Source: Tubulanus polymorphus
Taxonomy: Eukaryota > Animalia > Nemertea
Assembly (NCBI RefSeq): GCF_964204645.1
Contig: NC_134036.1
Location: forward strand, 8,546,030-8,610,029
DNA length: 64,000 nt
Reading direction: 5' to 3'
The notes beneath the pieces are model-generated. The model worked only from the letters and a program-made list of their open reading frames with translations, made no database searches and was not told the DNA's origin. Positions 1 to 13,610 of this stretch are shown here, in pieces; the stretch's first letter is position 1; every line of letters starts with the position of its first letter. Made by a program: the position numbers and the translations under genes.

Positions 1-3000
1 TTGGTCGTTCTTGTTTGAACGACGATATCAGAAACGCGCAACTGCTAATATATAACCATATTCGCAATTCACCAGAAACATACTGAGACAAGAACGACCA
101 AGCAGGCAGAAAACATTAAACAATCATCAATATCCACATTTTTCGACTATATTTAGCGTGAAATAGAAGTTTCGATCAATTTCTCATTGTTGGTCGTTCT
201 TGTTTGAACGACGATATCAGAAACGCGCAACTGCTAATATATAACCATATTCGCAATTCACCAGAAACATACTGAGACAAGAACGACCAAGCAGGCAGAA
301 AACATTAAACAATCATCAATATCCACATTTTTCGACTATATTTAGCGTGAAATAGAAGTTTCGTTCAATTTCTCATTGTTGGTCGTTCTTGTTTGAACGA
401 CGATATCAGAAACGCGCAACTGCTAATATATAACCATATTCGCAATTCACCAGAAACATACTGAGACAAGAACGACCAAGCAGGCAGAAAACATTAAACA
501 ATCATCAATATCCACATTTTTCGACTATATTTAGCGTGAAATAGAAGTTTCGATCAATTTCTCATTGTTGGTCGTTCTTGTTTGAACGACGATATCAGAA
601 ACGCGCAACTGCTAATATATAACCATATTCGCAATTCACCAGAAACATACTGAGACAAGAACGACCAAGCAGGCAGAAAACATTAAACAATCATCAATAT
701 CCACATTTTTCGACTATATTTAGCGTGAAATAGAAGTTTCGATCAATTTCTCATTGTTGGTCGTTCTTGTTTGAACGACGATATCAGAAACGCGCAACTG
801 CTAATATATAACCACATTCGCAATTCACCAGAAACATACTGAGACAAGAACGACCAAGCAGGCAGAAAACATTAAACAATCATCAATATCCACATTTTTC
901 GACTATATTTAGCGTGAAATAGAAGTTTCGATCAATTTCTCATTGTTGGTCGTTCTTGTTTGAACGACGATATCAGAAACGCGCAACTGCTAATATATAA
1001 CCACATTCGCAATTCACCAGAAACATACTGAGACAAGAACGACCAAGCAGACAGAAAACATTAAACAATCATCAATATCCACATTTTTCGACTATATTTA
1101 GCGTGAAATAGAAGTTTCGATCAATTTCTCATTGTTGGTCGTTCTTGTTTGAACGACGATATCAGAAACGCGCAACTGCTAATATATAACCATATTCGCA
1201 ATTCACCAGAAACATACTGAGACAAGAACGACCAAGCAGGCAGAAAACATTAAACAATCATCAATATCCACATTTTTCGACTATATTTAGCGTGAAATAG
1301 AAGTTTCGATCAATTTCTCATTGTTGGTCGTTCTTGTTTGAACGACGATATCAGAAACGCGCAACTGCTAATATATAACCATATTCGCAATTCACCAGAA
1401 ACATACTGAGACAAGAACGACCAAGCAGGCAGAAAACATTAAACAATCATCAATATCCACATTTTTCGACTATATTTAGCGTGAAATAGAAGTTTCGATC
1501 AATTTCTCATTGTTGGTCGTTCTTGTTTGAACGACGATATCAGAAACGCGCAACTGCTAATATATAACCATATTCGCAATTCACCAGAAACATACTGAGA
1601 CAAGAACGACCAAGCAGGCAGAAAACATTAAACAATCATCAATATCCACATTTTTCGACTATATTTAGCGTGAAATAGAAGTTTCGATCAATTTCTCATT
1701 GTTGGTCGTTCTTGTTTGAACGACGATATCAGAAACGCGCAACTGCTAATATATAACCATATTCGCAATTCACCAGAAACATACTGAGACAAGAACGACC
1801 AAGCAGGCAGAAAACATTAAACAATCATCAATATCCACATTTTTCGACTATATTTAGCGTGAAATAGAAGTTTCGATCAATTTCTCATTGCTGGTCGTTC
1901 TTATTTGAACGACGATATCAGAAACGCGCAACTGCTAATATATAACCATATTCGCAATTCACCAGAAACATACTGAGACAAGAACGACCAAGCAGGCAGA
2001 AAACATTAAACAATCATCAATATCCACATTTTTCGACTATATTTAGCGTGAAATAGAAGTTTCGATCAATTTCTCATTGTTGGTCTTTCTTGTTTGAACG
2101 ACGATATCAGAAACGCGCAACTGCTAATATATAACCATATTCGCAATTCACCAGAAACATACTGAGACAAGAACGACCAAGCAGGCAGAAAACATTAAAC
2201 AATCATCAATATCCACATTTTTCGACTATATTTAGCGTGAAATAGAAGTTTCGATCAATTTCTCATTGCTGGTCGTTCTTATTTGAACGACGATATCAGA
2301 AACGCGCAACTGCTAATGTATAACCATATTCGCAATTCACCAGAAACATACTGAGACAAGAACGACCAAGCAGGCAGAAAACATTAAACAATCATCAATA
2401 TCCACATTTTTCGACTATATTTAGCGTGAAATAGAAGTTTCGATCAATTTCTCATTGTTGGTCGTTCTTGTTTGAACGACGATATCAGAAACGCGCAACT
2501 GCTAATATATAACCATATTCGCAATTCACCAGAAACATACTGAGACAAGAACGACCAAGCAGGCAGAAAACATTAAACAATCATCAATATCCACATTTTT
2601 CGACTATATTTAGCGTGAAATAGAAGTTTCGATCAATTTCTCATTGTTGGTCGTTCTTGTTTGAACGACGATATCAGAAACGCGCAACTGCTAATATATA
2701 ACCATATTCGCAATTCACCAGAAACATACTGAGACAAGAACGACCAAGCAGGCAGAAAACATTAAACAATCATCAATATCCACATTTTTCGACTATATTT
2801 AGCGTGAAATAGAAGTTTCGATCAATTTCTCATTGCTGGTCGTTCTTATTTGAACGACGATATCAGAAACGCGCAACTGCTAATATATAACCATATTCGC
2901 AATTCACCAGAAACATACTGAGACAAGAACGACCAAGCAGGCAGAAAACATTAAACAATCATCAATATCCACATTTTTCGACTATATTTAGCGTGAAATA

Positions 3001-3954
3001 GAAGTTTCGATCAATTTCTCATTGTTGGTCTTTCTTGTTTGAACGACGATATCAGAAACGCGCAACTGCTAATATATAACCATATTCGCAATTCACCAGA
3101 AACATACTGAGACAAGAACGACCAAGCAGGCAGAAAACATTAAACAATCATCAATATCCACATTTTTCGACTATATTTAGCGTGAAATAGAAGTTTCGAT
3201 CAATTTCTCATTGCTGGTCGTTCTTATTTGAACGACGATATCAGAAACGCGCAACTGCTAATATATAACCATATTCGCAATTCACCAGAAACATACTGAG
3301 ACAAGAACGACCAAGCAGGCAGAAAACATTAAACAATCATCAATATCCACATTTTTCGACTATATTTAGCGTGAAATAGAAGTTTCGATCAATTTCTCAT
3401 TGTTGGTCTTTCTTGTTTGAACGACGATATCAGAAACGCGCAACTGCTAATATATAACCATATTCGCAATTCACCAGAAACATACTGAGACAAGAACGAC
3501 CAAGCAGGCAGAAAACATTAAACAATCATCAATATCCACATTTTTCGACTATATTTAGCGTGAAATAGAAGTTTCGATCAATTTCTCATTGTTGGTCGTT
3601 CTTGTTTGAACGACGATATCAGAAACGCGCAACTGCTAATATATAACCATATTCGCAATTCACCAGAAACATACTGAGACAAGAACGACCAAGCAGGCAG
3701 AAAACATTAAACAATCATCAATATCCACATTTTTCGACTATATTTAGCGTGAAATAGAAGTTTCGATCAATTTCTCATTGCTGGTCGTTCTTGTTTGAAC
3801 GACGATATCAGAAACGCGCAACTGCTAATATATAACCATATTCGCAATTCACCAGAAACATACTGAGACAAGAACGACCAAGCAGGCAGAAAACATTAAA
3901 CAATCATCAATATCCACATTTTTCGACTATTTTAAGCGTGAAATAGAAGTTTCG
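1..3954. repeat. 189-bp tandem satellite, about 21 near-identical monomers, continuing off the left edge
   Basis: TTGGTCGTTC or a variant recurs at 1, 190, 379, 568 ... 3781 (period 189). The array ends in a (GTT)n-like run at about 3955-3975. Confidence 0.98.
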
Positions 3955-4500
3955 TTGTTGCTGTTGTTGTTGTTCTTCGACTCTACGGGCCTCCTGGTTT
4001 TTGAAGATCATTTTCAATCCAAAATACCACAAAATAGATCTAGCCGGCTCATTCACGTATTATATTCAAAGAAATAACGAACAACGAAATCATCTTCAAT
4101 GTATTGTGAATGACAAATGAACGTTTAGCGTCACATATCTATTTATTCATGAACACGATAATTACACACATACACATATTATATAAATATTCATATATCA
4201 TTACACTAGCATACCACGCATACAGGCATTGACTAATAAAAACAAACATCGCATTTCTAGCCAAAATATATCACAATATAAATTATTATAAATTGTACTC
4301 TATGTTAATAAAATCTGATGTACACGAGTTTTTTATTCAATAATTTGATGCAAAAATTCAGAAAAATACTTAAAAACACATTTGATATAATTTATAATTT
4401 CCATTGAAAAGAAATCAATACTGAAGCTGGCCAGGACATATTTGCAAAAATATTGTTCCAAATTCACAGGGGAACAGTAGTGGATGAACAGAGATTGAAA

Positions 4501-5830
4501 ACTAGGGGTCCAGGGACACCATGCCCACTTGGGAAGTGGTTCCAAATGCTCAACAATCTAACAATTTCAATATTCAACGCCCCCTGGTGACCATATACAA
4601 AAACCAATGACCTTGAAACTCATCACAATCATAGAACATGTCAGCAGCTACAATTTTGTAATTGATTGTGATAACTAAATATGCCTTGTTACCAATCTAA
4701 TATGGAAATACTAAGTTATTCTACTATTCAACGCCCCCTGGTGACCATATACAAAAACCAATGACCTTGAAACTCATCACAATCATAGAACATGTCAGCA
4801 GCTACAATTTTGTAATTGATTGTGATAACTAAATATGCCTTGTTACCAATCTAATATGGAAATACTAAGTTATTCTACTATTCAACGCCCCCTGGTGACC
4901 ATATACAAAAACCAATGACCTTGAAACTCATCACAATCATAGAACATGTCAGCAGCTACAATTTTGTAATTGATTGTGATAACTAAATATGCCTTGTTAC
5001 CAATCTAATATGGAAATACTAAGTTATTCTACTATTCAACGCCCCCTGGTGACTATATTCAAAACCCAATGACCTCGAAACTCACCACAATCATAGAACA
5101 TGTCATGAACTACAACTTTGCAAGTGATCATGATAACAAAATACGCCTAAGTACCAATATAATAAGGAAATACTAAGTTATTCTACTATTCAACGCCCCC
5201 TGGTGACCATATAGAATAACTAATGTCCTTAAAACTCTCAACAATAATAGATGATGTCATGAGCTATAACTTTCCAATTGATTGTGGTTACAAAATATGC
5301 ATAGGTACGAATATAATAAAGAAATGCTAAGATATTGTATTATTCAACGCCCCCTGGTGGTCATTGACAAAATCCAATGACCTTGAAACTCACCACAATC
5401 ATAGAACACGTTATGAGCCACAACTTTCTAATTGATTGTGGTATCAAAATACGCTTAGGTATCAATATAATGTGGAAAAACTTTTTCCCACTTACAAATG
5501 AGTACTGGCGACACCAAGATGGCTGCCAATTGCGTCATAATTGGCTGATGAAAAATAACTGTCTCAGGTTTTAAAGCATCCCTTTCCAAAGAATACCCAT
5601 CACAAATTGCAAATTGAGAAATGGCAAACCAGTAGGAAGCTACAGGGCTCAGAATTTGGGCCAAAATTTACATTTTTGGGCACTAAAAAGGTCATAGGAC
5701 GGCCATCTTGAGTCCGATCGACCCAATTTTTGTTATGCTGATGGGCCCTGGGAAGATACACATACATCCGAAAGATCAAGGTAATTGATCAAAGCGTCTT
5801 AAAAATTTCCCTCAAAAAGTTCAAATTTTT
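4501..5830. mobile_element. Non-autonomous Helentron-like (HINE-type) element with an internal 154-bp tandem array; far end truncated
   Basis: Begins ACTAGGGGTCCAGGGACACCATGCCCACTTGGGAAGTGG, like the copy at 32841, and is colinear with it to about 5830. Confidence 0.6.
4571..5470. repeat. 154-bp tandem repeat, about 6 copies
   Basis: TATTCAACGCCCCCTGGTG at 4571, 4725, 4879, 5033, 5187 and 5341. Single dispersed copies of the unit occur near 9062, 11901, 12979 and 32908. Confidence 0.95.
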
Positions 5831-6334
5831 AGTCAGGAATATGATCAACAGCTAGTAGACAACAATAATAAAAGGAAATTGAGGTGTTTGTACAATTACC
5901 TATAAAAAATTATATTTTGAACATATTTCACGGAATTCCGGGAATTTTAATTTTACAATCCAAGGTCGCCATCAATGTCCGATTAGCAAAGTTGTCTGAG
6001 CATGGCTGCACCATTTCCATGGCTGCACCATTTCCAATCAAATTTGTAACATCCGATGTAATAAAATATTTTTTGATAATGATCTGTGCCGATATAATGA
6101 TTTGATTTAAAAAAAAAAAAAAATTACGACAAAGGAGTTTGGTAGTCGGTCGGCCATATATATTTTTGAAAAAAGTTATTTCACCCAAAATTTTGAAAAA
6201 GGGTCGATAGGCAATTATATCTTATTCTGAAAATGATTATTTGAAACGACGAAATATCGGGTCAGTCGGGCGCGAGAAACAGAGTTTTCTTTTCTGTGGC
6301 CTAAATTCCAAATTTGTGTGGCCTAAATTCAAAA

Positions 6335-9300
6335 TTAAACAACTACTTCTGTGTCAGACTCTTGATCATCAGAATCAAAAGTATACAGTGCGGAATTGGA
6401 ATCTTCTGGTTCAGCAGTTTGTTTTTCCACTAAATTTGAGTATATTTCTTGACACGAGGAAATGCGTTTATGAAGGAACTTCAGTTTTTCATATATCAAA
6501 CTCTTAAGTCCCTGATCTACATCGTCATCTTCCCTGGCAGCAAGAAGATCAGCTCGTTGAATCTCTAAATTCTGTATCACATGAGAAAGTTCAACCTGAA
6601 CCATTTGCTTTTCTTCTATCGACCTTTTCAGAGTAAACCAACTGCCTAAGGCTTTACGTTGCATTGTAGTTAAAGCTGACATCTAAAGGAAGAACAAGAC
6701 AGGAAATCAAATACGAGAAAAATTTTGTAGCAAGCTCCACCGAGAAGAATAAAGACCAACCTCGTTAGACAATGGCTGGTAAATTGTGCTTTCGAGATTC
6801 AGAGCATCTTTAGAACTAATTCTGTTGATATCCGCAGTCAGACAATTGTACAAGTTAATGGCCTTTTTATACTTTTCACAACCCGCTTCCGCTGCTTGAT
6901 CAGACGACTTGCAATTTTCTGGCCACCTAAAATTTAGTGGGGTATATACATGAGTTATGTCTGTTCTGAAGGGATTTACAAGGGAGGAATGACAATGTAG
7001 CAATTATGTCACATGGGATGGCAGTTTCACCTGCATGTTTTTTTGAAGCTTTATCAAGAACCTTCATCTCACATGCTAAGGTTCGCATTTGTCGAAGATA
7101 TGCACAACGTTTCCTGTCATTCATTGCTTCCATTAGATTGATGTATTCGTATTGAGAACTGGACCATCGAGTGAGATTCCGAATATTTTCAATTGATTGA
7201 AGTCTTGCATCCAGTCTAAACGAGACAACAGTATCAGTATCATCACAATGCCACCATAATGAAAACTGACAGAAAACAAGCTGAAAACTAATACCAATGT
7301 ACGTAGTTACTCCAACTTACTCATCTCTCTCTTTAACAAGGGTCATACATGTGGCACCATCATTAGAGCTCTTTATCATTGTACTGAGAAAAAAAATATA
7401 TTTACATTCATATTTCATTTAAGTACTTAATAAGTGCACCTCTGATGATTTATTTCATAATTACTATAACTTACCAGACACTGTAGTATGTAGACAAGAG
7501 CTTGACGTATTTTTCTTGCCATGAGGATGGGTTTCCTTAATATTGAAAAAGAAAAATAATCAATACAACAGGCCTTAAAACTCTTTCCACACCGTGGGTT
7601 AAATATTTCGCCTCATGAGATGACTATAGCTGATGTCGTGGGCAAACTCATTTGCCAGGGATATATCTAAAATAATTTCATTGAAAAAAAGTTTATAGGG
7701 CAATTTTTATTGGTTTGTCAAGTGGATGAGATCTCAGTCATGTATCTGGTATACTATAGTATAGAACTATTAGATGGCGAAGCTGTGCCCACAGTAACTT
7801 ATGGCAGGTGACCTCCATTTTTTCCCAGATTTCTAATTCAAAGGTCAATAAGTCAGCGTGACCCTCAATGGACCCAAACCCTAGAGTGTATCATATAACC
7901 ATTCATGAGCTTTCAGAAAATTATTGGTTTTGGGGTGTTGACTTAGTTCAATGCCACGTGTTCACAACCCCGAAAAGGTCCAGCACAGCTGAGTGGAATT
8001 TCATTAATGATGATCAACATGGAAAGAGTTAAACTTGTTAACACCATGCCATAACTTTTACCTTTATCTCTTTTATGAGTCACTGATACCTTTTCCTGGA
8101 AATTCCACTGTTCAAAGATATCATCTCTCCCAGTAGCTATTTCTAAAAATAATGAAAAGATACATGTAAATTCAGCTTTATTCCTCTAGCAAATAAGATA
8201 CATGGTGACAAATCGAGACCTGGAATTATCAATGATATATCGGCAAGTTCCTTTTCTGCTTGTTCTATAGCTACATCTGCTCTCTTAAACCGCTCAAACA
8301 ATGCGAATTCTAAAACCACAAACAAAAATGATGTCAAAATTATCAATATGTGATAACCATACCATCCTGGATTTACTTACCAATTTTATTCATTTTCTTC
8401 CATGTATAATGCTGGGCTGCTAATGTAAGTAACTCTAACCTACGATTTGGAGTCTGTTCCTTTGTGATTTGAGCAAATCGTCGGATATAAGACCAAAATC
8501 GTTCCATAGTTTCTCCATCCGTCAAACCAAAATTTTCCAAGCGACGTGGACTTAAGTTTGTCTGAGCGATAATAAAAGATAAAAAAACATTTTTTTTTTC
8601 AAATAAATATAATGATCCAGTCAGAAGAAAACTTAAACCTAGGTTAGATCCATACTTGACAATTGGCTTGATGACCATAGCAGTGAAATAATGGAATGGC
8701 AAATTGGAGATTACCCGGCAACATTCTTGAAATATCTGGTTTCTGAAAAAATATCAAATGCACGTGGTAGTTAGAATGGGTTCAGGGAAACCATTCTCAT
8801 TTGGGAACTAGGGATATTGTTTCAATAACATGGTCTATGGGCAATAACTAAGAAATGGCATCTACCTTTAGATATTTTTGCAATACACAAGCTATGTCAT
8901 ACATAACTACCAATTCTAATTGATTATGCTCAACTTGCAGCTCTGCAACCATATGATTCAACAGCGAAACAACGTAACTGAGCCTGGAATATGAATCAAA
9001 CACATTCTCACACATCAAAACTAGGGATCCAAGGACTCCATGAAATCATTGACTATTTCAATATTCAATGGCCTCTAATGAACATACACAGAAACCAATG
9101 ATCTTGGCACTCATCAGAGAAGATTTCATGAGCTACATATTTGCAATTGATTGTGGTTCCAAAATATGCACATGTAAGATACAGAACTAGATTACCTTTC
9201 ACCGTGCCTTAGATTTAGCATCGCTAGTGGAATCTCATGTCGTGAACATGCCAAACCCATCACACCAGTATAATCCAAATTGACAGCTTTGTTTTTGGCA

Positions 9301-12300
9301 CGGATGTCTGTTCCTGCCTGGAAATTATTACATTCCTGGAAAAATTAATCAAATGGCAATTTCAATTAAATATATTAATATATATTGTATACAATCAAAA
9401 CCATTTTTTTCAAAACCAAAATATTTACACCATCATCAAGTTTGGATGTATCACAACATCTCAAAACATACGAATCTACATTGCCTTGGTCTAAAAATAT
9501 TGGTCTTAAGATTTGTGGGGTAGAGTAACTCCTTCCTGCATTCTTTTTCCGAACCAATCCAAAATTAGCATCAGCTGACACAAAAAGTTTACCATTATCC
9601 TAGGAAGATGAAAATTGATTTTCAAAAAATATTTCAGAATACAGAAGACTCTGCCTATCCGGTAATCCATTCAATCTAAATGAAGGTCCAAATGGTACCG
9701 GTTAAGGCGGGGTCTATTTTATATGGCAAACCAGTGTCAGAAATGCAGCCAGAAGCCATACCTCAGGACAAGCCAAGCACCGCTTATAAGTGTAAGATTT
9801 CGACAACAGATATTCCTCACAAGTTATCAATCTAAATCTACTCAGACTCTCACTTGTCAGCAGTCTATACAACTGTGAGACCTACGTAACATCAAAGCAC
9901 ATCAAATTTTAGTTAACAATGAAATATAGACAGGAGATGTGCACTTGGGGTGTATTACTTTACCTGGTCAAGCGAATAAGCGTTCATCACAGCATACGTG
10001 TCTGCAAATGCTCTTGCTGACAGCTGACCTTCTATTTGGAGAGTCGTAAAAAGTTTGAGAAAATCAAATGATGCAGCGTATGTTGGCTGGGAAGGAGATG
10101 CAGGCCACAAACGATGATTGGTTAAAGCAATAGGTAGACTTTGACATTCGCAGTGCTGAACTTTTTTCGCATCACATCGACCTATTAATCAATATCAAAC
10201 ATAGCAGTGAATAAATCTGAAGTAAATTATGGTTGATTTTGATTTTAACCGTCCTGGTGAATTCTTGCTGTTTGGTTAAAGAAATTTACTTTTTTGGATC
10301 TAAATCCAGATACTGACATGCATTTTAACCTACTGACAGATAATGTCATTTATAAAACAAGAGTTAAATCTTGAGCAAATTATACATACCATAAGAATCG
10401 AAGACTGTAATAATTTTTTCTTCAATCAAGGTACAATTGCATGGTAATCTGCTGAGGAGGGGTGGCTCCCTAGGACACACATGGTTAAAAAAACCATCCA
10501 TCTGTGCAAAATAAAAACATCATAAAATACAATGTACGTAGAGTTTTTACCATTCATTCACGTTTCCACTGGTAAGGCCAGGACAAAAAGAAGTACTAAG
10601 GACTTTTTCAGCAATTTTAGACCCAAATGGAAGGACTTCTTGACTGAAAAAGAATACTTTCCAGCAAAATTAGGACCCAAGCAGGGCCCACAATAGGCGA
10701 TTTTTATCACTGAATCCAGGCATCCTCACTTGCCAGGGCTTGATTACCGCCCGCTAAAGCTCCCGTCAACACAAACCCTGGCCGTATACCCTTCATTGGT
10801 CTATTACATCGCCCAAAATTTCGTGGGCCGAGAGGTTAACACTGAATGCCCACCAGTCTATATATCTAGCCAAAGAGATGCATGATTTGTCCTACAGCAT
10901 TACCACGCATATGATTGACTGGAGTGAAATATAGACTGGCGGACACTGTCTGGCCAAGAAATGGACAATGTAATAGACCATATGAAGGGTTTGTGGCCAG
11001 GGTTTGTATTGGCGTGAGCTTATTATTCAAAAACATTTGCAATGTGTACCAATGTCAAATTTTGTGCAATATTTCCAAGCAAAGAAGTGATAGAGACATG
11101 AGATTTCAAATAAAAAACAACCTTTTTAGACGCAAAAAAAGACCTTGAGTGAACAAATTTTGACCAAATATACCAATTGACCATGAAGTGTATTAGAAAT
11201 TTCCCTTGAAAACTTCATAAGAGCTGATTTTAGCAAGCCAAATATATGGACAGACAATTGAATTAAGTGTCTTCAAAAGTTCGCCTTGACAGAATAATGG
11301 ACATATGACAGTTGAATAGTGAAAGCTAGGCCCCTGGGACTTGAGTCCCACATGGGCTATAAATACTTACAGCTTGCCACTGCTTCAATCGATGGAAAGG
11401 CAAATATGTATGTAAGTTTATGCTGCATTCCAAACAGTATGTAGCAAATGGATGACAATCATCACATCGAAAAGGCTCTTGTTCGATTTTTTCGCAGATA
11501 AAACATTCAAACGACATCGGTTTGTACTGCTTCAGAGCAGATTCAGTGAGCTTGTCCGATAACTCATCCCACGCATGGACTTCAGACACTCGTCTCTTTC
11601 CATAATCACCATAACTGCCTTTCGTTGCACTTTCAGAATGACCTTTTGAGTTAAAAGAATATTCATTTGGATCAATCATTTTAAAACAAGATGTAGTTAT
11701 AGTAGTACAATGCCATCACCAATGCCTAATGGGAACATCCGGCAAATTAACTAGGGGGCACCATGCCTACTGGCTGGTTGAAAGGCTCCACAATCTGGCG
11801 ATCTATAAAATACAGATATCAATGACCTTTTGCAACTACAATTTTGCTTTTGATCGTGGTAACAAAACATGCAATATGGAAATATCATACGTTATTCCAC
11901 TATTCAATGCCCCCTGGTGAACATTACAAAACAGAGAGTCATGACCTTGAAACTGACCACAATCATGGAACATCTCATGAGCTACAGCTACGCAAAAAAA
12001 TTGCTGCTACAAAATGTCCCCCCCCTGTTTTATGATGAGATTTTACAAGGACCACCTTCACAGCACTCAAGAGTTCAAAGAGATCGGCTCTATAACGGAA
12101 AACGGCTCTATAACTTTTTAGTGCTTGGCCCGTAGTATCTACATTCCCAGTTTCGTCAAGATGAGATTATAATTGTTGGACAAGAAGCGATTTAAAGATT
12201 TTACAAGCGCCACCCATACAGCGCCCTCTAGAGATCAAATTCGGAAAAACGGCTCCATAACTTTTTAGCCCTTGGCCCATTTTCACTTCATACCAAGTTT

Positions 12301-12762
12301 GGTCAAGATTAAAAAAGAACTGTAGCACTAGTAGCAAATTGAAGCAAAAGCTGATGGAGGAATGGACGGACGACGACAGATAATCACTCTAACCCATCAG
12401 CTCCACTGACCTCCGGTCACAGCCGAGCTAAAAATTACATGTACCATACAAATGGATTTCTCTCAACGAATTCATTTGATTGAATAAGAGTGTATTAGTA
12501 TTGACTTACTATCAGTTGGATCAAGTGATTCATAGTCCGAAGATTCAGGCTCAGTTAAATTAGATGAGCCAGAATCAGGAACATTTCCTTTTATTTCCGA
12601 CTGCCCACTGACGCTTTGAAAAACACCATCTTTGACCAGGTATAACATCGGTTCTTTTTGTTTCTCTCTTACAACTTTAATAGGCTTCATTTTTCCAGAT
12701 TTTACGATGGTTACCTCAGGATAATCTGTTTGCAATTCTTTAATAGTTCTTTTGCGAGGCAT
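6335..12762 (-). CDS. Multi-exon CxC-domain KDZ (Kyakuja-Dileera-Zisupton) transposase
   Basis: Manually spliced GT-AG exons: about 11679-11371 (CFIC..FRCDDC..CLEC..H..LPFHRLKQW), 10501-10390, 10181-9964 (LWPASPSQPTYAASFDFL), 9881-9762 (CLACP), 9599-9429 (SADANFGL), 9335-9196 (GVMGLACSRHE..GER), 8983-8866 (YDIAC), 8742-8656 (AIPLFHCYGHQANCQ), 8561-8381 (GLTDGETMERFWS). Helical C-terminal exons run on to 6335. Putative first exon 12762-12510. The exon 1/2 junction and some 3' exons were not resolved. Confidence 0.9.
10720..11020. mobile_element. Partial copy of the palindromic MITE seen at 22983-23331
   Basis: Shares CATCCTC..TTGC.AGGG, ACCCTGGCCG, TATTACATCGCCCA and CCACCAGTCTATATATCTAGCCAA with the 22983 element. 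Confidence 0.65.
11750..12434. mobile_element. HINE/Helentron-like non-autonomous element in a KDZ intron
   Basis: Starts ACTAGGGGGCACCATGCC, carries the 154-bp-family unit at about 11901, and ends in an imperfect AGCTC...GAGCTA hairpin plus A-run. Confidence 0.5.
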
Positions 12763-13610
12763 AATGGATAGACTGAAAAATAAGTGCTGGTAAAGGTTAG
12801 AAGTAATCAGATTGCATGTAGCCTTTCTGGTCTTTCGTTATATTAGTACACTAATAGGAAAGCACCAGTTCAAGAACTCAACGGGGGCCAGGATTAGTGC
12901 CTATTTTCCTCCCCTATTATAAGATGCGGTCCACCAGCTGAACCAGAGGCTCAGGAAACATGACCACTTGTCACAAAATTCAATGCCCCCTGTTGACCAT
13001 ATATAGAAACAAATGAGCTTGAAACTCACCACAGATAACTGGATTCCAGTGGTGCCCGAGGTGGAATGGTGTATTACATTGACTAGGCACCTGGTTTAGT
13101 GTGGCAGGGGTGCGCGCTGTGGCTGTGTAGCAATGCCAAAAGGTTTAACTCCCTGCCGAGGGAGGATTATTTTTTATTTACGATTTGATAGAACTGATTT
13201 AAGTGTAGGGTGCAGGGGCAGATCTAGGGGGGTCAATAGGGTGGCTAGGCACCCCCTCAAACGCCTTCAAAAAATTTTTTCGTGTAAATAGCCTATCTCT
13301 AAGAAAATAAGAATGTTAGCTGCCTCAGAATCAGAACTAACAGTAGCGTTGCGACATTATTGGATGTCACCGTATGCTACGAGCATTCATCGAGATGATC
13401 GCTCGTAGATACAAGTAATGACTGACAAAGGTGGCTATTTGAGGATATTCAAGCGGGAAGTGATCAAATCGAAGTGCTGACAGTGTACGCTGCTTAGCAG
13501 GAGAGAATTAACAAATCTCATTATATAAAAAATGCATCATAGGCCCATGGCTATTTGGTTGATAAACGTCAATCACCGGCTCAATACGTCCAGTGCGGGT
13601 GTAAAAATAA

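Noticed and set aside
1-3954. CRISPR-like array (palindromic repeats at regular spacing)
   Set aside because: The intervening sequences are identical rather than unique spacers, there are no cas genes and the context is eukaryotic.
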